Shown here: positions 33,501 through 50,726 of the stretch, in pieces
How the letters are laid out: every line of letters starts with the position of its first letter
How positions within the stretch are numbered: position 1 is the first letter of the stretch
From: Bugula neritina
Lineage: Eukaryota > Animalia > Bryozoa
NCBI GenBank assembly: GCA_964035545.1
Contig: CAXIUT010000183.1
Location: 1,612,001 to 1,676,000, forward strand
DNA: 64,000 nucleotides
Direction: 5' to 3'
Position numbers and translations under genes: made by a program
Notes under the pieces: generated by a model
Told to the model about the DNA's origin: nothing
The model's input: only the letters and a program-made list of their open reading frames with translations
Database searches by the model: none

Positions 33501-36500
33501 TACTGCAACATACTACAACATATTGAAATACACTGCAACACTTTGAAATATACTGCAACATACCGAAATATATGGTAAACTACTGCAACATACTACAACA
33601 TATTGAAATACACTGCAACACATTGAAATATACTGCAACATACCTGAATATACGGTAATATACTGAAATTCACTGTAACGCATTGCAAAATACTGCAACA
33701 TACTGAAATTCACTGCGACACACTGAAATACGCTGCAAAATACTACAACATACTGAAATAAACTGTAACATATTGAAATACACTGCAACACATTGAAAAA
33801 TACTGCAACATACTGAAATATACTGTAACACACTGAAATATACTGCAACATACTGAAATACACTGTAACATACTGAAATATACTGCAACATACTGAAATA
33901 CACTGCTACATACTGAAATATACTGCAACATACTGCAATACACTGTAACATACTGAAATATACTGCAACATACTGAAATACACTGCTACATACTGAAATA
34001 TACTGCAACATACTGCAACATACTGCAACATGCTGAAATACGCTGTAACATACTGAAATACACTGTAACATACTACAACATATTGAAATACACAGCAACA
34101 CATTGAAATGTACTGCAACATACCGAAATATACGGTAATATACTGAAATATACAGTAACACATTGAAAAATACTGCAACATACTGAAATACACTGCAACA
34201 CACTGAAACACACCGCAAAAAACTACAACATACTGAAATACACTGTAACATATTGAAGTACACTGCAACACATTTAAATATACTGCAACATACCAAAATA
34301 TATGGTAAACAACTGAAATATACTTTAACACATTGAAAAATACTGCAACATACTGAAATATACTGCGACACATTGCAATATACTGTAACATAACGAAATA
34401 TGCTCTAGCACACTGAAATACACTGCAACTCACTGAAATATACTGCAACATACTGAAATACACTGTGACATACTGAAATATACTGCAACATACTGAAATA
34501 CACTGCTACATACCGAAATATACTGCAACATACTGCAACATACTGAAATACACTGCAGCATACTACAACATACTGGAATACACTGCAACACATTGAAATA
34601 TACTGCAACATACCTAAATATACGGTAATATACCGAAATATACTGTAACGCATTGCAAAATACTGCAACAAACTGAAATACACTGCGACACACTGAAATA
34701 CGCTGCAAAATACTACAACACACTGAAATAAACTGTAACATATTGAAATACACTGCAACACATTGAAAAATACTGCAACATACTGAAATATACTGTAACA
34801 CACTGAAATATACTGCAACATACTGAAATACACTGTAACATACTGAAATATACTGCAACATACTGAAATACACTGCTACATACTGAAATATACTGCAACA
34901 TACTGCAACATACTGCAATACACTGTAACATACTGAAATACACTGCAACATACTACAACATGTTGAAATACACTGCAAAACATTGAAATACACTGCAACT
35001 TACCGAATATATGGTAAACTACTGAAATATACTGTAACGCATTGAAAAGTACTGCAACATACTGAAATATATTGCGACACATTGCAATAAACTGTAACAT
35101 ACTGAAAAATGCTGTAGCACACTGAAATACACTGCCATTCACTGAAATATACTGCAACATACTGAAATACACCGCAACATCCTACAACATACTGAAATAC
35201 ACTGTAACATATTGAAATACACTGCAACACATTGAAATATACTGCAACATAACGAAATATATGGTAAACTACTGAAATATATTTTAACACATTGAAAAAT
35301 ACTGCAACATACTGAAATATATTTCAACACATTGAAAAATACTGCAACATACTGAAATATACCGTAACACACTGAAGTACACTGCAACTCACTGAAATAT
35401 ACTGCAATATACTGAAATACACTGCAACATCCTACATAATGCTGAAATACACTGTAACATATTGAAATACACTGCAACACATTGAAATATACTGCAACAT
35501 ACCGAAATATATGGTAAACTACTGAAATATACTGTGACACATTGAAAAAAACTGCAACATACTGAAATATACTGCGACACCTAGCAATATACTGTAACAT
35601 ACTGAAATATGCTCTAGCACACTGAAATACAATGCAACTCACTGAAATATACTGCAACATAATGAAATACACAGCAACATCCTACAACATGCTGAAATAC
35701 ACTGTAACATATTGAAATACACTGCAAAATACTACAACATACTGAAATACACTGCAACATACTGAAATACACTGCTACATACTGAAATATACTGCAACAT
35801 ACTGCAACATACTGCAATACACTGTAACATACTGAAATACACTGCAACATACTACAACATATTGAACTACACTGCAACACATTGAAACACACTGCAACTT
35901 ACCGAATTTATGGTAAACTACTGAAATATACTGTAACGCATTGAAAAGTACTGCAACATACTGAAATATATTGCGACACATTGCAATAAACTGTAACATA
36001 CTGAAAAATGCTGTAGCACACTGAAATACACTGCCATTCACTGAAATATACTGCAACATGCTGAAATACACCGCAACATCCTACAACATACTGAAATACA
36101 CTGTAACATAACGAAACATATGGTAAACTACTGAAATATATTTTAACACATTGAAAAATACTGCAACATACTGAAATATATTTTAACACATTGAAAAATA
36201 CTGCAACATACTGAAATATACTGTAACACACTGAAGTACACTGCAACTCACTGAAATATACTGCAATATACTGAAATACACTGCAACATCCTACAAAATG
36301 CTGAAATACACTGTAACATATTGAAATACACTGCAACACATTGAAATATACTGCAACATACCGAAATATATGGTAAACTACTGAAATATACTGTAACACA
36401 TTGAAAAAAACTGCAACATACTGAAATATACTGTAACACACTGAAGTATACTGCAACATACTGAAATACACTGTAACATACTGAAATACTCTGCAACATA

Positions 36501-39500
36501 CTACCACATATTGAAATACACTGCAACACATTGAAATGTACTGCAACATACCGAAATATATGGTAAACTACTAAAATATACTGTAACACATTGAAAAATA
36601 CTGCAACATACTGAAATATACTGCGACACCTAGCAATATACTGTAACATACTGAAATATGCTCTAGCACACTGAAATACAATGCAACTTACTGAAATATA
36701 CTGCAACATACTGAAATACACTGCAACATCCTACAATATGCTGAAATACACTGTAACATATTGAAATACACTGCAACACTTTGAAATATACTGCAACATA
36801 CCGAAATATATGGTAAACTACTGCAACATACTACAACATATTGAAATACACTGCAACACATTGAAATATACTGCAACATACCTAAATATACGGTAATATA
36901 CTGAAATATACTGTAACACATTGAAAAATACTGCAACATACTGAAATATACTGTAACACACCGAAATATACAGCAACATACTGAAATACACTGTAACATA
37001 CTGAAATATACTGCAACATACTGAAACACACTGCTACATACTGAAATATACTGCAACATACTGCAACATACTGAAATACACTGTAACATACTGAAATAAA
37101 CTGCAACATACTACAACATATTGAAATACACTGCAACACATTGAAATATACTGCAACATACCTAAATATGCGGTAATATACTGAAATTCACTGTAACGCA
37201 TTGCAAAATACTGCAACATACTGAAATTCACTGCGACACACTGAAATACGCTGCAAAATACTACAACATACTGAAATAAACTGTAACATATTGAAATACA
37301 CTGCAACACATTGAAAAATACTGCAACATACTGAAATATACTGTAACACACTGAAATATACTGCAACATACTGAAATACACTGTGACATACTGAAATATA
37401 CTGCAACATACTGAAATACACTGCTACATACCGAAATATACTGCAACATACTGCAACATACTGAAATACACTGCAGCATACTACAACATACTGGAATACA
37501 CTGCAACACATTGAAATATACTGCAACATACCTAAATATACGGTAATATACCGAAATATACTGTAACGCATTGCAAAATACTGCAACAAACTGAAATACA
37601 CTGCGACACACTGAAATACGCTGCAAAATACTACAACACACTGAAATAAACTGTAACATATTGAAATACACTGCAACACATTGAAAAATACTGCAACATA
37701 CTGAAATATACTGTAACACACTGAAATATACTGCAACATACTGAAATACACTGTAACATACTGAAATATACTGCAACATACTGAAATACACTGCTACATA
37801 CTGAAATATACTGCAACATACTGCAACATACTGCAATACACTGTAACATACTGAAATACACTGCAACATACTACAACATGTTGAAATACACTGCAAAACA
37901 TTGAAATACACTGCAACTTACCGAATATATGGTAAACTACTGAAATATACTGTAACGCATTGAAAAGTACTGCAACATACTGAAATATATTGCGACACAT
38001 TGCAATAAACTGTAACATACTGAAAAATGCTGTAGCACACTGAAATACACTGCCATTCACTGAAATATACTGCAACATACTGAAATACACCGCAACATCC
38101 TACAACATACTGAAATACACTGTAACATATTGAAATACACTGCAACACATTGAAATATACTGCAACATAACGAAATATATGGTAAACTACTGAAATATAT
38201 TTTAACACATTGAAAAATACTGCAACATACTGAAATATATTTCAACACATTGAAAAATACTGCAACATACTGAAATATACCGTAACACACTGAAGTACAC
38301 TGCAACTCACTGAAATATACTGCAATATACTGAAATACACTGCAACATCCTACATAATGCTGAAATACACTGTAACATATTGAAATACACTGTAACATAC
38401 TGAAATATACTGCAACGTACTGAAATACACTGCTACATACTGAAATATACTGTAACATACTGCAACATACTGAAATACACTGTAACATACTGAGATACAC
38501 TGCAACATACTACAACATATTGAAATACACTGCAACACATTGAAATATATTGCAACTTACCGAATATATGGAAAACTACTGAAATATACTGTAACGCATT
38601 GAAAAAGACTGCAACATACTGAAATATATTGCGACACATTTCAATATACTGTAATATACTGAAAAATGCTGTAGCACACTGAAATATACTGCAATTCGCT
38701 GAAATATACTGCAACATACTGAAATACACCGCAACATCCTACAACATACTAAAATACACTGTAACATATTGAAATACACTGCAACACATTGAAATATACT
38801 GCAACGTAACGAAATATATGGTAAACTACTGAAATATATTTTAACAAATTGAAAAATACTGCAACATAGTGAAATATATTTTAACACATTGAAAAATACT
38901 GCAACATACTGAAATATACCGTAACACACTGAAATACATTGCAACTCGCTGAAATATACTGCAATATACTGAAATACACTGCAACATCCTACAAAATGCT
39001 GAAATACACTGTAACATATTGAAATACAGTGCAACACATTGAAATATACTGCAACATACCGAAATATATGGTAAACTACTGAAATATACTGTAACACATT
39101 GAAAAATACTGCAACATACTGAAATATACTGCGACACCTAGCAATATACTGTAACATACTGAAATATGCTCTAGCACACTGAAATACAATGCAACATACT
39201 GAAATATACTGCAACATACTGAAATACACTGCAACATCCTACAACATGCTGAAATACACTGTAACATATTGAAATACACTGCAACACTTTGAAATATACT
39301 GCAACATACCGAAATATATGGTAAAATACTGCAACATACTACAACATATTGAAATACACTGCAACACATTGAAATATACTGCAACATACCTAAATGTACG
39401 GTCATATACTGAAATATACTGTAACACATTGAAAAATACTGCAACATACTGAAATACACTGTAACATACTGAAATATACTGCAACATACTGAAATACACT

Positions 39501-42500
39501 GCTACATACTGAAATATACTGCAACATACTGGAACATACTGAAATACACTGTAATATACTGAAATAAACTGCAACATAGTACAACATATTGAAATACACT
39601 GCAACACATTGAAATACACTGCAACTTACCGAATATATGGTAAACTACTGAAATATACTGTAACGCATTGAAAAATACTGCAACATACTGAAATATATTG
39701 CGACACATTGCAATATACTGTAACATACTGAAAAATGCTGTAGCAAACTGAAATATACTGCAATTCACTGAAATATACTGCAACATACTGAAATACACCG
39801 CAACATCCTACAACATACTGAAATACACTGTAACATATTGAAATACACTGCAACACATTGAAATATACTGCAACATAACGAAACATATGGTAAACTACTG
39901 AAATAAATTTTAACACATTGAAAAATACTGCAACATACTGAAATATATTTTAACACATTGAAAAATACTGCAACATACTGAAGTATACTGTAACATACTG
40001 AAGTACACTGCAACATACTACCGCATATTGAAATACACTGCAACACATTGAAATGTACTGCAACATACCGAAATATATGGTAAACTACTAAAATATACTG
40101 TAACACATTGAAAAATACTGCAACGTACTGAAATATACTGTGACACCTAGCAGTATACTGTAACATACTGAAATATGCTCTAGCACACTGAAATACAATG
40201 CAACTTACTGATATATACTGCAACATACTGAAATACACTGCAACATCCTACAATATGCTAAAATACACTGTAACATATTGAAATACACTGCAACACTTTG
40301 AAATATACTGCAACATACCGAAATATATGGTAAACTACTGCAACATACTACAACATATTGAAATACACTGCAACACTTTGAAATATACTGCAACATACCG
40401 AAATATATGGTAAACTACTGCAACATACTACAACATATTGAAATACACTGCAACACATTGAAATATACTGCAACATACCTAAATATACGGTAATATACTG
40501 AAATTCACTGTAACGCATTGCAAAATACTGCAACATACTGAAATTCACTGCGACACACTGAAATACGCTGCAAAATACTACAACATACTGAAATAAACTG
40601 TAACATATTGAAATACACTGCAACACATTGAAAAATACTGCAACATACTGAAATATACTGTAACACACTGAAATATACTGCAACATACTGAAATACACTG
40701 TAACATACTGAAATATACTGCAACATACTGAAATACACTGCTACATACTGAAATATACTGCAACATACTGCAATACACTGTAACATACTGAAATATACTG
40801 CAACATACTGAAATACACTGCTACATACTGAAATATACTGCAACATACTGCAACATACTGCAACATGCTGAAATACGCTGTAACATACTGAAATACACTG
40901 TAACATACTACAACATATTGAAATACACAGCAACACATTGAAATGTACTGCAACATACCGAAATATACGGTAATATACTGAAATATACAGTAACACATTG
41001 AAAAATACTGCAACATACTGAAATACACTGCAACACACTGAAACACACCGCAAAAAACTACAACATACTGAAATACACTGTAACATATTGAAGTACACTG
41101 CAACACATTTAAATATACTGCAACATACCAAAATATATGGTAAACAACTGAAATATACTTTAACACATTGAAAAATACTGCAACATACTGAAATATACTG
41201 CGACACATTGCAATATACTGTAACATAACGAAATATGCTCTAGCACACTGAAATACACTGCAACTCACTGAAATATACTGCAACATACTGAAATACACTG
41301 TGACATACTGAAATATACTGCAACATACTGAAATACACTGCTACATACCGAAATATACTGCAACATACTGCAACATACTGAAATACACTGCAGCATACTA
41401 CAACATACTGGAATACACTGCAACACATTGAAATATACTGCAACATACCTAAATATACGGTAATATACCGAAATATACTGTAACGCATTGCAAAATACTG
41501 CAACAAACTGAAATACACTGCGACACACTGAAATACGCTGCAAAATACTACAACACACTGAAATAAACTGTAACATATTGAAATACACTGCAACACATTG
41601 AAAAATACTGCAACATACTGAAATATACTGTAACACACTGAAATATACTGCAACATACTGAAATACACTGTAACATACTGAAATATACTGCAACATACTG
41701 AAATACACTGCTACATACTGAAATATACTGCAACATACTGCAACATACTGCAATACACTGTAACATACTGAAATACACTGCAACATACTACAACATGTTG
41801 AAATACACTGCAAAACATTGAAATACACTGCAACTTACCGAATATATGGTAAACTACTGAAATATACTGTAACGCATTGAAAAGTACTGCAACATACTGA
41901 AATATATTGCGACACATTGCAATAAACTGTAACATACTGAAAAATGCTGTAGCACACTGAAATACACTGCCATTCACTGAAATATACTGCAACATACTGA
42001 AATACACCGCAACATCCTACAACATACTGAAATACACTGTAACATATTGAAATACACTGCAACACATTGAAATATACTGCAACATAACGAAATATATGGT
42101 AAACTACTGAAATATATTTTAACACATTGAAAAATACTGCAACATACTGAAATATATTTCAACACATTGAAAAATACTGCAACATACTGAAATATACCGT
42201 AACACACTGAAGTACACTGCAACTCACTGAAATATACTGCAATATACTGAAATACACTGCAACATCCTACATAATGCTGAAATACACTGTAACATATTGA
42301 AATACACTGCAACACATTGAAATATACTGCAACATACCGAAATATATGGTAAACTACTGAAATATACTGTGACACATTGAAAAAAACTGCAACATACTGA
42401 AATATACTGCGACACCTAGCAATATACTGTAACATACTGAAATATGCTCTAGCACACTGAAATACAATGCAACTCACTGAAATATACTGCAACATAATGA

Positions 42501-45500
42501 AATACACAGCAACATCCTACAACATGCTGAAATACACTGTAACATATTGAAATACACTGCAAAATACTACAACATACTGAAATACACTGCAACATACTGA
42601 AATACACTGCTACATACTGAAATATACTGCAACATACTGCAACATACTGCAATACACTGTAACATACTGAAATACACTGCAACATACTACAACATATTGA
42701 ACTACACTGCAACACATTGAAACACACTGCAACTTACCGAATTTATGGTAAACTACTGAAATATACTGTAACGCATTGAAAAGTACTGCAACATACTGAA
42801 ATATATTGCGACACATTGCAATAAACTGTAACATACTGAAAAATGCTGTAGCACACTGAAATACACTGCCATTCACTGAAATATACTGCAACATGCTGAA
42901 ATACACCGCAACATCCTACAACATACTGAAATACACTGTAACATAACGAAACATATGGTAAACTACTGAAATATATTTTAACACATTGAAAAATACTGCA
43001 ACATACTGAAATATATTTTAACACATTGAAAAATACTGCAACATACTGAAATATACTGTAACACACTGAAGTACACTGCAACTCACTGAAATATACTGCA
43101 ATATACTGAAATACACTGCAACATCCTACAAAATGCTGAAATACACTGTAACATATTGAAATACACTGCAACACATTGAAATATACTGCAACATACCGAA
43201 ATATATGGTAAACTACTGAAATATACTGTAACACATTGAAAAAAACTGCAACATACTGAAATATACTGTAACACACTGAAGTATACTGCAACATACTGAA
43301 ATACACTGTAACATACTGAAATACTCTGCAACATACTACCACATATTGAAATACACTGCAACACATTGAAATGTACTGCAACATACCGAAATATATGGTA
43401 AACTACTAAAATATACTGTAACACATTGAAAAATACTGCAACATACTGAAATATACTGCGACACCTAGCAATATACTGTAACATACTGAAATATGCTCTA
43501 GCACACTGAAATACAATGCAACTTACTGAAATATACTGCAACATACTGAAATACACTGCAACATCCTACAATATGCTGAAATACACTGTAACATATTGAA
43601 ATACACTGCAACACTTTGAAATATACTGCAACATACCGAAATATATGGTAAACTACTGCAACATACTACAACATATTGAAATACACTGCAACACATTGAA
43701 ATATACTGCAACATACCTAAATATACGGTAATATACTGAAATATACTGTAACACATTGAAAAATACTGCAACATACTGAAATATACTGTAACACACCGAA
43801 ATATACAGCAACATACTGAAATACACTGTAACATACTGAAATATACTGCAACATACTGAAACACACTGCTACATACTGAAATATACTGCAACATACTGCA
43901 ACATACTGAAATACACTGTAACATACTGAAATAAACTGCAACATACTACAACATATTGAAATACACTGCAACACATTGAAATATACTGCAACATACCTAA
44001 ATATGCGGTAATATACTGAAATTCACTGTAACGCATTGCAAAATACTGCAACATACTGAAATTCACTGCGACACACTGAAATACGCTGCAAAATACTACA
44101 ACATACTGAAATAAACTGTAACATATTGAAATACACTGCAACACATTGAAAAATACTGCAACATACTGAAATATACTGTAACACACTGAAATATACTGCA
44201 ACATACTGAAATACACTGTGACATACTGAAATATACTGCAACATACTGAAATACACTGCTACATACCGAAATATACTGCAACATACTGCAACATACTGAA
44301 ATACACTGCAGCATACTACAACATACTGGAATACACTGCAACACATTGAAATATACTGCAACATACCTAAATATACGGTAATATACCGAAATATACTGTA
44401 ACGCATTGCAAAATACTGCAACAAACTGAAATACACTGCGACACACTGAAATACGCTGCAAAATACTACAACACACTGAAATAAACTGTAACATATTGAA
44501 ATACACTGCAACACATTGAAAAATACTGCAACATACTGAAATATACTGTAACACACTGAAATATACTGCAACATACTGAAATACACTGTAACATACTGAA
44601 ATATACTGCAACATACTGAAATACACTGCTACATACTGAAATATACTGCAACATACTGCAACATACTGCAATACACTGTAACATACTGAAATACACTGCA
44701 ACATACTACAACATGTTGAAATACACTGCAAAACATTGAAATACACTGCAACTTACCGAATATATGGTAAACTACTGAAATATACTGTAACGCATTGAAA
44801 AGTACTGCAACATACTGAAATATATTGCGACACATTGCAATAAACTGTAACATACTGAAAAATGCTGTAGCACACTGAAATACACTGCCATTCACTGAAA
44901 TATACTGCAACATACTGAAATACACCGCAACATCCTACAACATACTGAAATACACTGTAACATATTGAAATACACTGCAACACATTGAAATATACTGCAA
45001 CATAACGAAATATATGGTAAACTACTGAAATATATTTTAACACATTGAAAAATACTGCAACATACTGAAATATATTTCAACACATTGAAAAATACTGCAA
45101 CATACTGAAATATACCGTAACACACTGAAGTACACTGCAACTCACTGAAATATACTGCAATATACTGAAATACACTGCAACATCCTACATAATGCTGAAA
45201 TACACTGTAACATATTGAAATACACTGTAACATACTGAAATATACTGCAACGTACTGAAATACACTGCTACATACTGAAATATACTGTAACATACTGCAA
45301 CATACTGAAATACACTGTAACATACTGAGATACACTGCAACATACTACAACATATTGAAATACACTGCAACACATTGAAATATATTGCAACTTACCGAAT
45401 ATATGGAAAACTACTGAAATATACTGTAACGCATTGAAAAAGACTGCAACATACTGAAATATATTGCGACACATTTCAATATACTGTAATATACTGAAAA

Positions 45501-48500
45501 ATGCTGTAGCACACTGAAATATACTGCAATTCGCTGAAATATACTGCAACATACTGAAATACACCGCAACATCCTACAACATACTAAAATACACTGTAAC
45601 ATATTGAAATACACTGCAACACAATGAAATATACTGCAACGTAACGAAATATATGGTAAACTACTGAAATATATTTTAACAAATTGAAAAATACTGCAAC
45701 ATAGTGAAATATATTTTAACACATTGAAAAATACTGCAACATACTGAAATATACCGTAACACACTGAAATACATTGCAACTCGCTGAAATATACTGCAAT
45801 ATACTGAAATACACTGCAACATCCTACAAAATGCTGAAATACACTGTAACATATTGAAATACAGTGCAACACATTGAAATATACTGCAACATACCGAAAT
45901 ATATGGTAAACTACTGAAATATACTGTAACACATTGAAAAATACTGCAACATACTGAAATATACTGCGACACCTAGCAATATACTGTAACATACTGAAAT
46001 ATGCTCTAGCACACTGAAATACAATGCAACATACTGAAATATACTGCAACATACTGAAATACACTGCAACATCCTACAACATGCTGAAATACACTGTAAC
46101 ATATTGAAATACACTGCAACACTTTGAAATATACTGCAACATACCGAAATATATGGTAAAATACTGCAACATACTACAACATATTGAAATACACTGCAAC
46201 ACATTGAAATATACTGCAACATACCTAAATGTACGGTCATATACTGAAATATACTGTAACACATTGAAAAATACTGCAACATACTGAAATACACTGTAAC
46301 ATACTGAAATATACTGCAACATACTGAAATACACTGCTACATACTGAAATATACTGCAACATACTGGAACATACTGAAATACACTGTAATATACTGAAAT
46401 AAACTGCAACATAGTACAACATATTGAAATACACTGCAACACATTGAAATACACTGCAACTTACCGAATATATGGTAAACTACTGAAATATACTGTAACG
46501 CATTGAAAAATACTGCAACATACTGAAATATATTGCGACACATTGCAATATACTGTAACATACTGAAAAATGCTGTAGCAAACTGAAATATACTGCAATT
46601 CACTGAAATATACTGCAACATACTGAAATACACCGCAACATCCTACAACATACTGAAATACACTGTAACATATTAAAATACACTGCAACACATTGAAATA
46701 TACTGCAACATAACGAAACATATGGTAAACTACTGAAATAAATTTTAACACATTGAAAAATACTGCAACATACTGAAATATATTTTAACACATTGAAAAA
46801 TACTGCAACATACTGAAGTATACTGTAACATACTGAAGTACACTGCAACATACTACCACATATTGAAATACACTGCAACACATTGAAATGTACTGCAACA
46901 TACCGAAATATATGGTAAACTACTAAAATATACTGTAACACATTGAAAAATACTGCAACGTACTGAAATATACTGCGACACCTAGCAGTATACTGTAACA
47001 TACTGAAATATGCTCTAGCACACTGAAATACAATGCAACTTACTGATATATACTGCAACATACTGAAATACACTGCAACATCCTACAATATGCTAAAATA
47101 CACTGTAACATATTGAAATACACTGCAACACTTTGAAATATACTGCAACATACCGAAATATATGGTAAACTACTGCAACATACTACAACATATTGAAATA
47201 CACTGCAACACTTTGAAATATACTGCAACATACCGAAATATATGGTAAACTACTGCAACATACTACAACATATTGAAATACACTGCAACACATTGAAATA
47301 TACTGCAACATACCTAAATATACGGTAATATACTGAAATTCACTGTAACGCATTGCAAAATACTGCAACATACTGAAATTCACTGCGACACACTGAAATA
47401 CGCTGCAAAATACTACAACATACTGAAATAAACTGTAACATATTGAAATACACTGCAACACATTGAAAAATACTGCAACATACTGAAATATACTGTAACA
47501 CACTGAAATATACTGCAACATACTGAAATACACTGTAACATACTGAAATATACTGCAACATACTGAAATACACTGCTACATACTGAAATATACTGCAACA
47601 TACTGCAATACACTGTAACATACTGAAATATACTGCAACATACTGAAATACACTGCTACATACTGAAATATACTGCAACATACTGCAACATACTGCAACA
47701 TGCTGAAATACGCTGTAACATACTGAAATACACTGTAACATACTACAACATATTGAAATACACAGCAACACATTGAAATGTACTGCAACATACCGAAATA
47801 TACGGTAATATACTGAAATATACAGTAACACATTGAAAAATACTGCAACATACTGAAATACACTGCAACACACTGAAACACACCGCAAAAAACTACAACA
47901 TACTGAAATACACTGTAACATATTGAAGTACACTGCAACACATTTAAATATACTGCAACATACCAAAATATATGGTAAACAACTGAAATATACTTTAACA
48001 CATTGAAAAATACTGCAACATACTGAAATATACTGCGACACATTGCAATATACTGTAACATAACGAAATATGCTCTAGCACACTGAAATACACTGCAACT
48101 CACTGAAATATACTGCAACATACTGAAATACACTGTGACATACTGAAATATACTGCAACATACTGAAATACACTGCTACATACCGAAATATACTGCAACA
48201 TACTGCAACATACTGAAATACACTGCAGCATACTACAACATACTGGAATACACTGCAACACATTGAAATATACTGCAACATACCTAAATATACGGTAATA
48301 TACCGAAATATACTGTAACGCATTGCAAAATACTGCAACAAACTGAAATACACTGCGACACACTGAAATACGCTGCAAAATACTACAACACACTGAAATA
48401 AACTGTAACATATTGAAATACACTGCAACACATTGAAAAATACTGCAACATACTGAAATATACTGTAACACACTGAAATATACTGCAACATACTGAAATA

Positions 48501-50657
48501 CACTGTAACATACTGAAATATACTGCAACATACTGAAATACACTGCTACATACTGAAATATACTGCAACATACTGCAACATACTGCAATACACTGTAACA
48601 TACTGAAATACACTGCAACATACTACAACATGTTGAAATACACTGCAAAACATTGAAATACACTGCAACTTACCGAATATATGGTAAACTACTGAAATAT
48701 ACTGTAACGCATTGAAAAGTACTGCAACATACTGAAATATATTGCGACACATTGCAATAAACTGTAACATACTGAAAAATGCTGTAGCACACTGAAATAC
48801 ACTGCCATTCACTGAAATATACTGCAACATACTGAAATACACCGCAACATCCTACAACATACTGAAATACACTGTAACATATTGAAATACACTGCAACAC
48901 ATTGAAATATACTGCAACATAACGAAATATATGGTAAACTACTGAAATATATTTTAACACATTGAAAAATACTGCAACATACTGAAATATATTTCAACAC
49001 ATTGAAAAATACTGCAACATACTGAAATATACCGTAACACACTGAAGTACACTGCAACTCACTGAAATATACTGCAATATACTGAAATACACTGCAACAT
49101 CCTACATAATGCTGAAATACACTGTAACATATTGAAATACACTGCAACACATTGAAATATACTGCAACATACCGAAATATATGGTAAACTACTGAAATAT
49201 ACTGTGACACATTGAAAAAAACTGCAACATACTGAAATATACTGCGACACCTAGCAACATACTGTAACATACTGAAATATGCTCTAGCACACTGAAATAC
49301 AATGCAACTCACTGAAATATACTGCAACATAATGAAATACACAGCAACATCCTACAACATGCTGAAATACACTGTAACATATTGAAATACACTGCAAAAT
49401 ACTACAACATACTGAAATACACTGCAACATACTGAAATACACTGCTACATACTGAAATATACTGCAACATACTGCAACATACTGCAATACACTGTAACAT
49501 ACTGAAATACACTGCAACATACTACAACATATTGAACTACACTGCAACACATTGAAACACACTGCAACTTACCGAATTTATGGTAAACTACTGAAATATA
49601 CTGTAACGCATTGAAAAGTACTGCAACATACTGAAATATATTGCGACACATTGCAATAAACTGTAACATACTGAAAAATGCTGTAGCACACTGAAATACA
49701 CTGCCATTCACTGAAACATACTGCAACATGCTGAAATACACCGCAACATCCTACAACATACTGAAATACACTGTAACATAACGAAACATATGGTAAACTA
49801 CTGAAATATATTTTAACACATTGAAAAATACTGCAACATACTGAAATATATTTTAACACATTGAAAAATACTGCAACATACTGAAATATACTGTAACACA
49901 CTGAAGTACACTGCAACTCACTGAAATATACTGCAATATACTGAAATACACTGCAACATCCTACAAAATGCTGAAATACACTGTAACATATTGAAATACA
50001 CTGCAACACATTGAAATATACTGCAACATACCGAAATATATGGTAAACTACTGAAATATACTGTAACACATTGAAAAAAACTGCAACATACTGAAATATA
50101 CTGTAACACACTGAAGTATACTGCAACATACTGAAATACACTGTAACATACTGAAATACTCTGCAACATACTACCACATATTGAAATACACTGCAACACA
50201 TTGAAATGTACTGCAACATACCGAAATATATGGTAAACTACTAAAATATACTGTAACACATTGAAAAATACTGCAACATACTGAAATATACTGCGACACC
50301 TAGCAATATACTGTAACATACTGAAATATGCTCTAGCACACTGAAATACAATGCAACTTACTGAAATATACTGCAACATACTGAAATACACTGCAACATC
50401 CTACAATATGCTGAAATACACTGTAACATATTGAAATACACTGCAACACTTTGAAATATACTGCAACATACCGAAATATATGGTAAACTACTGCAACATA
50501 CTACAACATATTGAAATACACTGCAACACATTGAAATATACTGCAACATACCTAAATATACGGTAATATACTGAAATATACTGTAACACATTGAAAAATA
50601 CTGCAACATACTGAAATATACTGTAACACACCGAAATATACAGCAACATACTGAAAT
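30514..50657 (+). repeat. 6835-bp HOR (3917 + 2918), ~2.95 tandem copies, very high identity
   Basis: ORF series 31741/38576/45411, 35000/41835/48670 and 36248/43083/49918. CTGCAG spacing alternates 3917/2918. Confidence 0.93.
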
Positions 50658-50726
50658 ATGCTCTAGCACACTGAAATACAATGCAACATACTGAAATATA
50701 CTGCAACATACTGAAATACACTGCAA

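Larger units (their letters stand above)
27630..35470 (+). repeat. 3917-bp tandem duplication (2 copies), also a subunit of the 6835-bp HOR
   Basis: ORF pairs 27681->31598, 28874->32791, 29753->33670 and 31083->35000. CTGCAG lies at 30636 and 34553. Confidence 0.9.
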
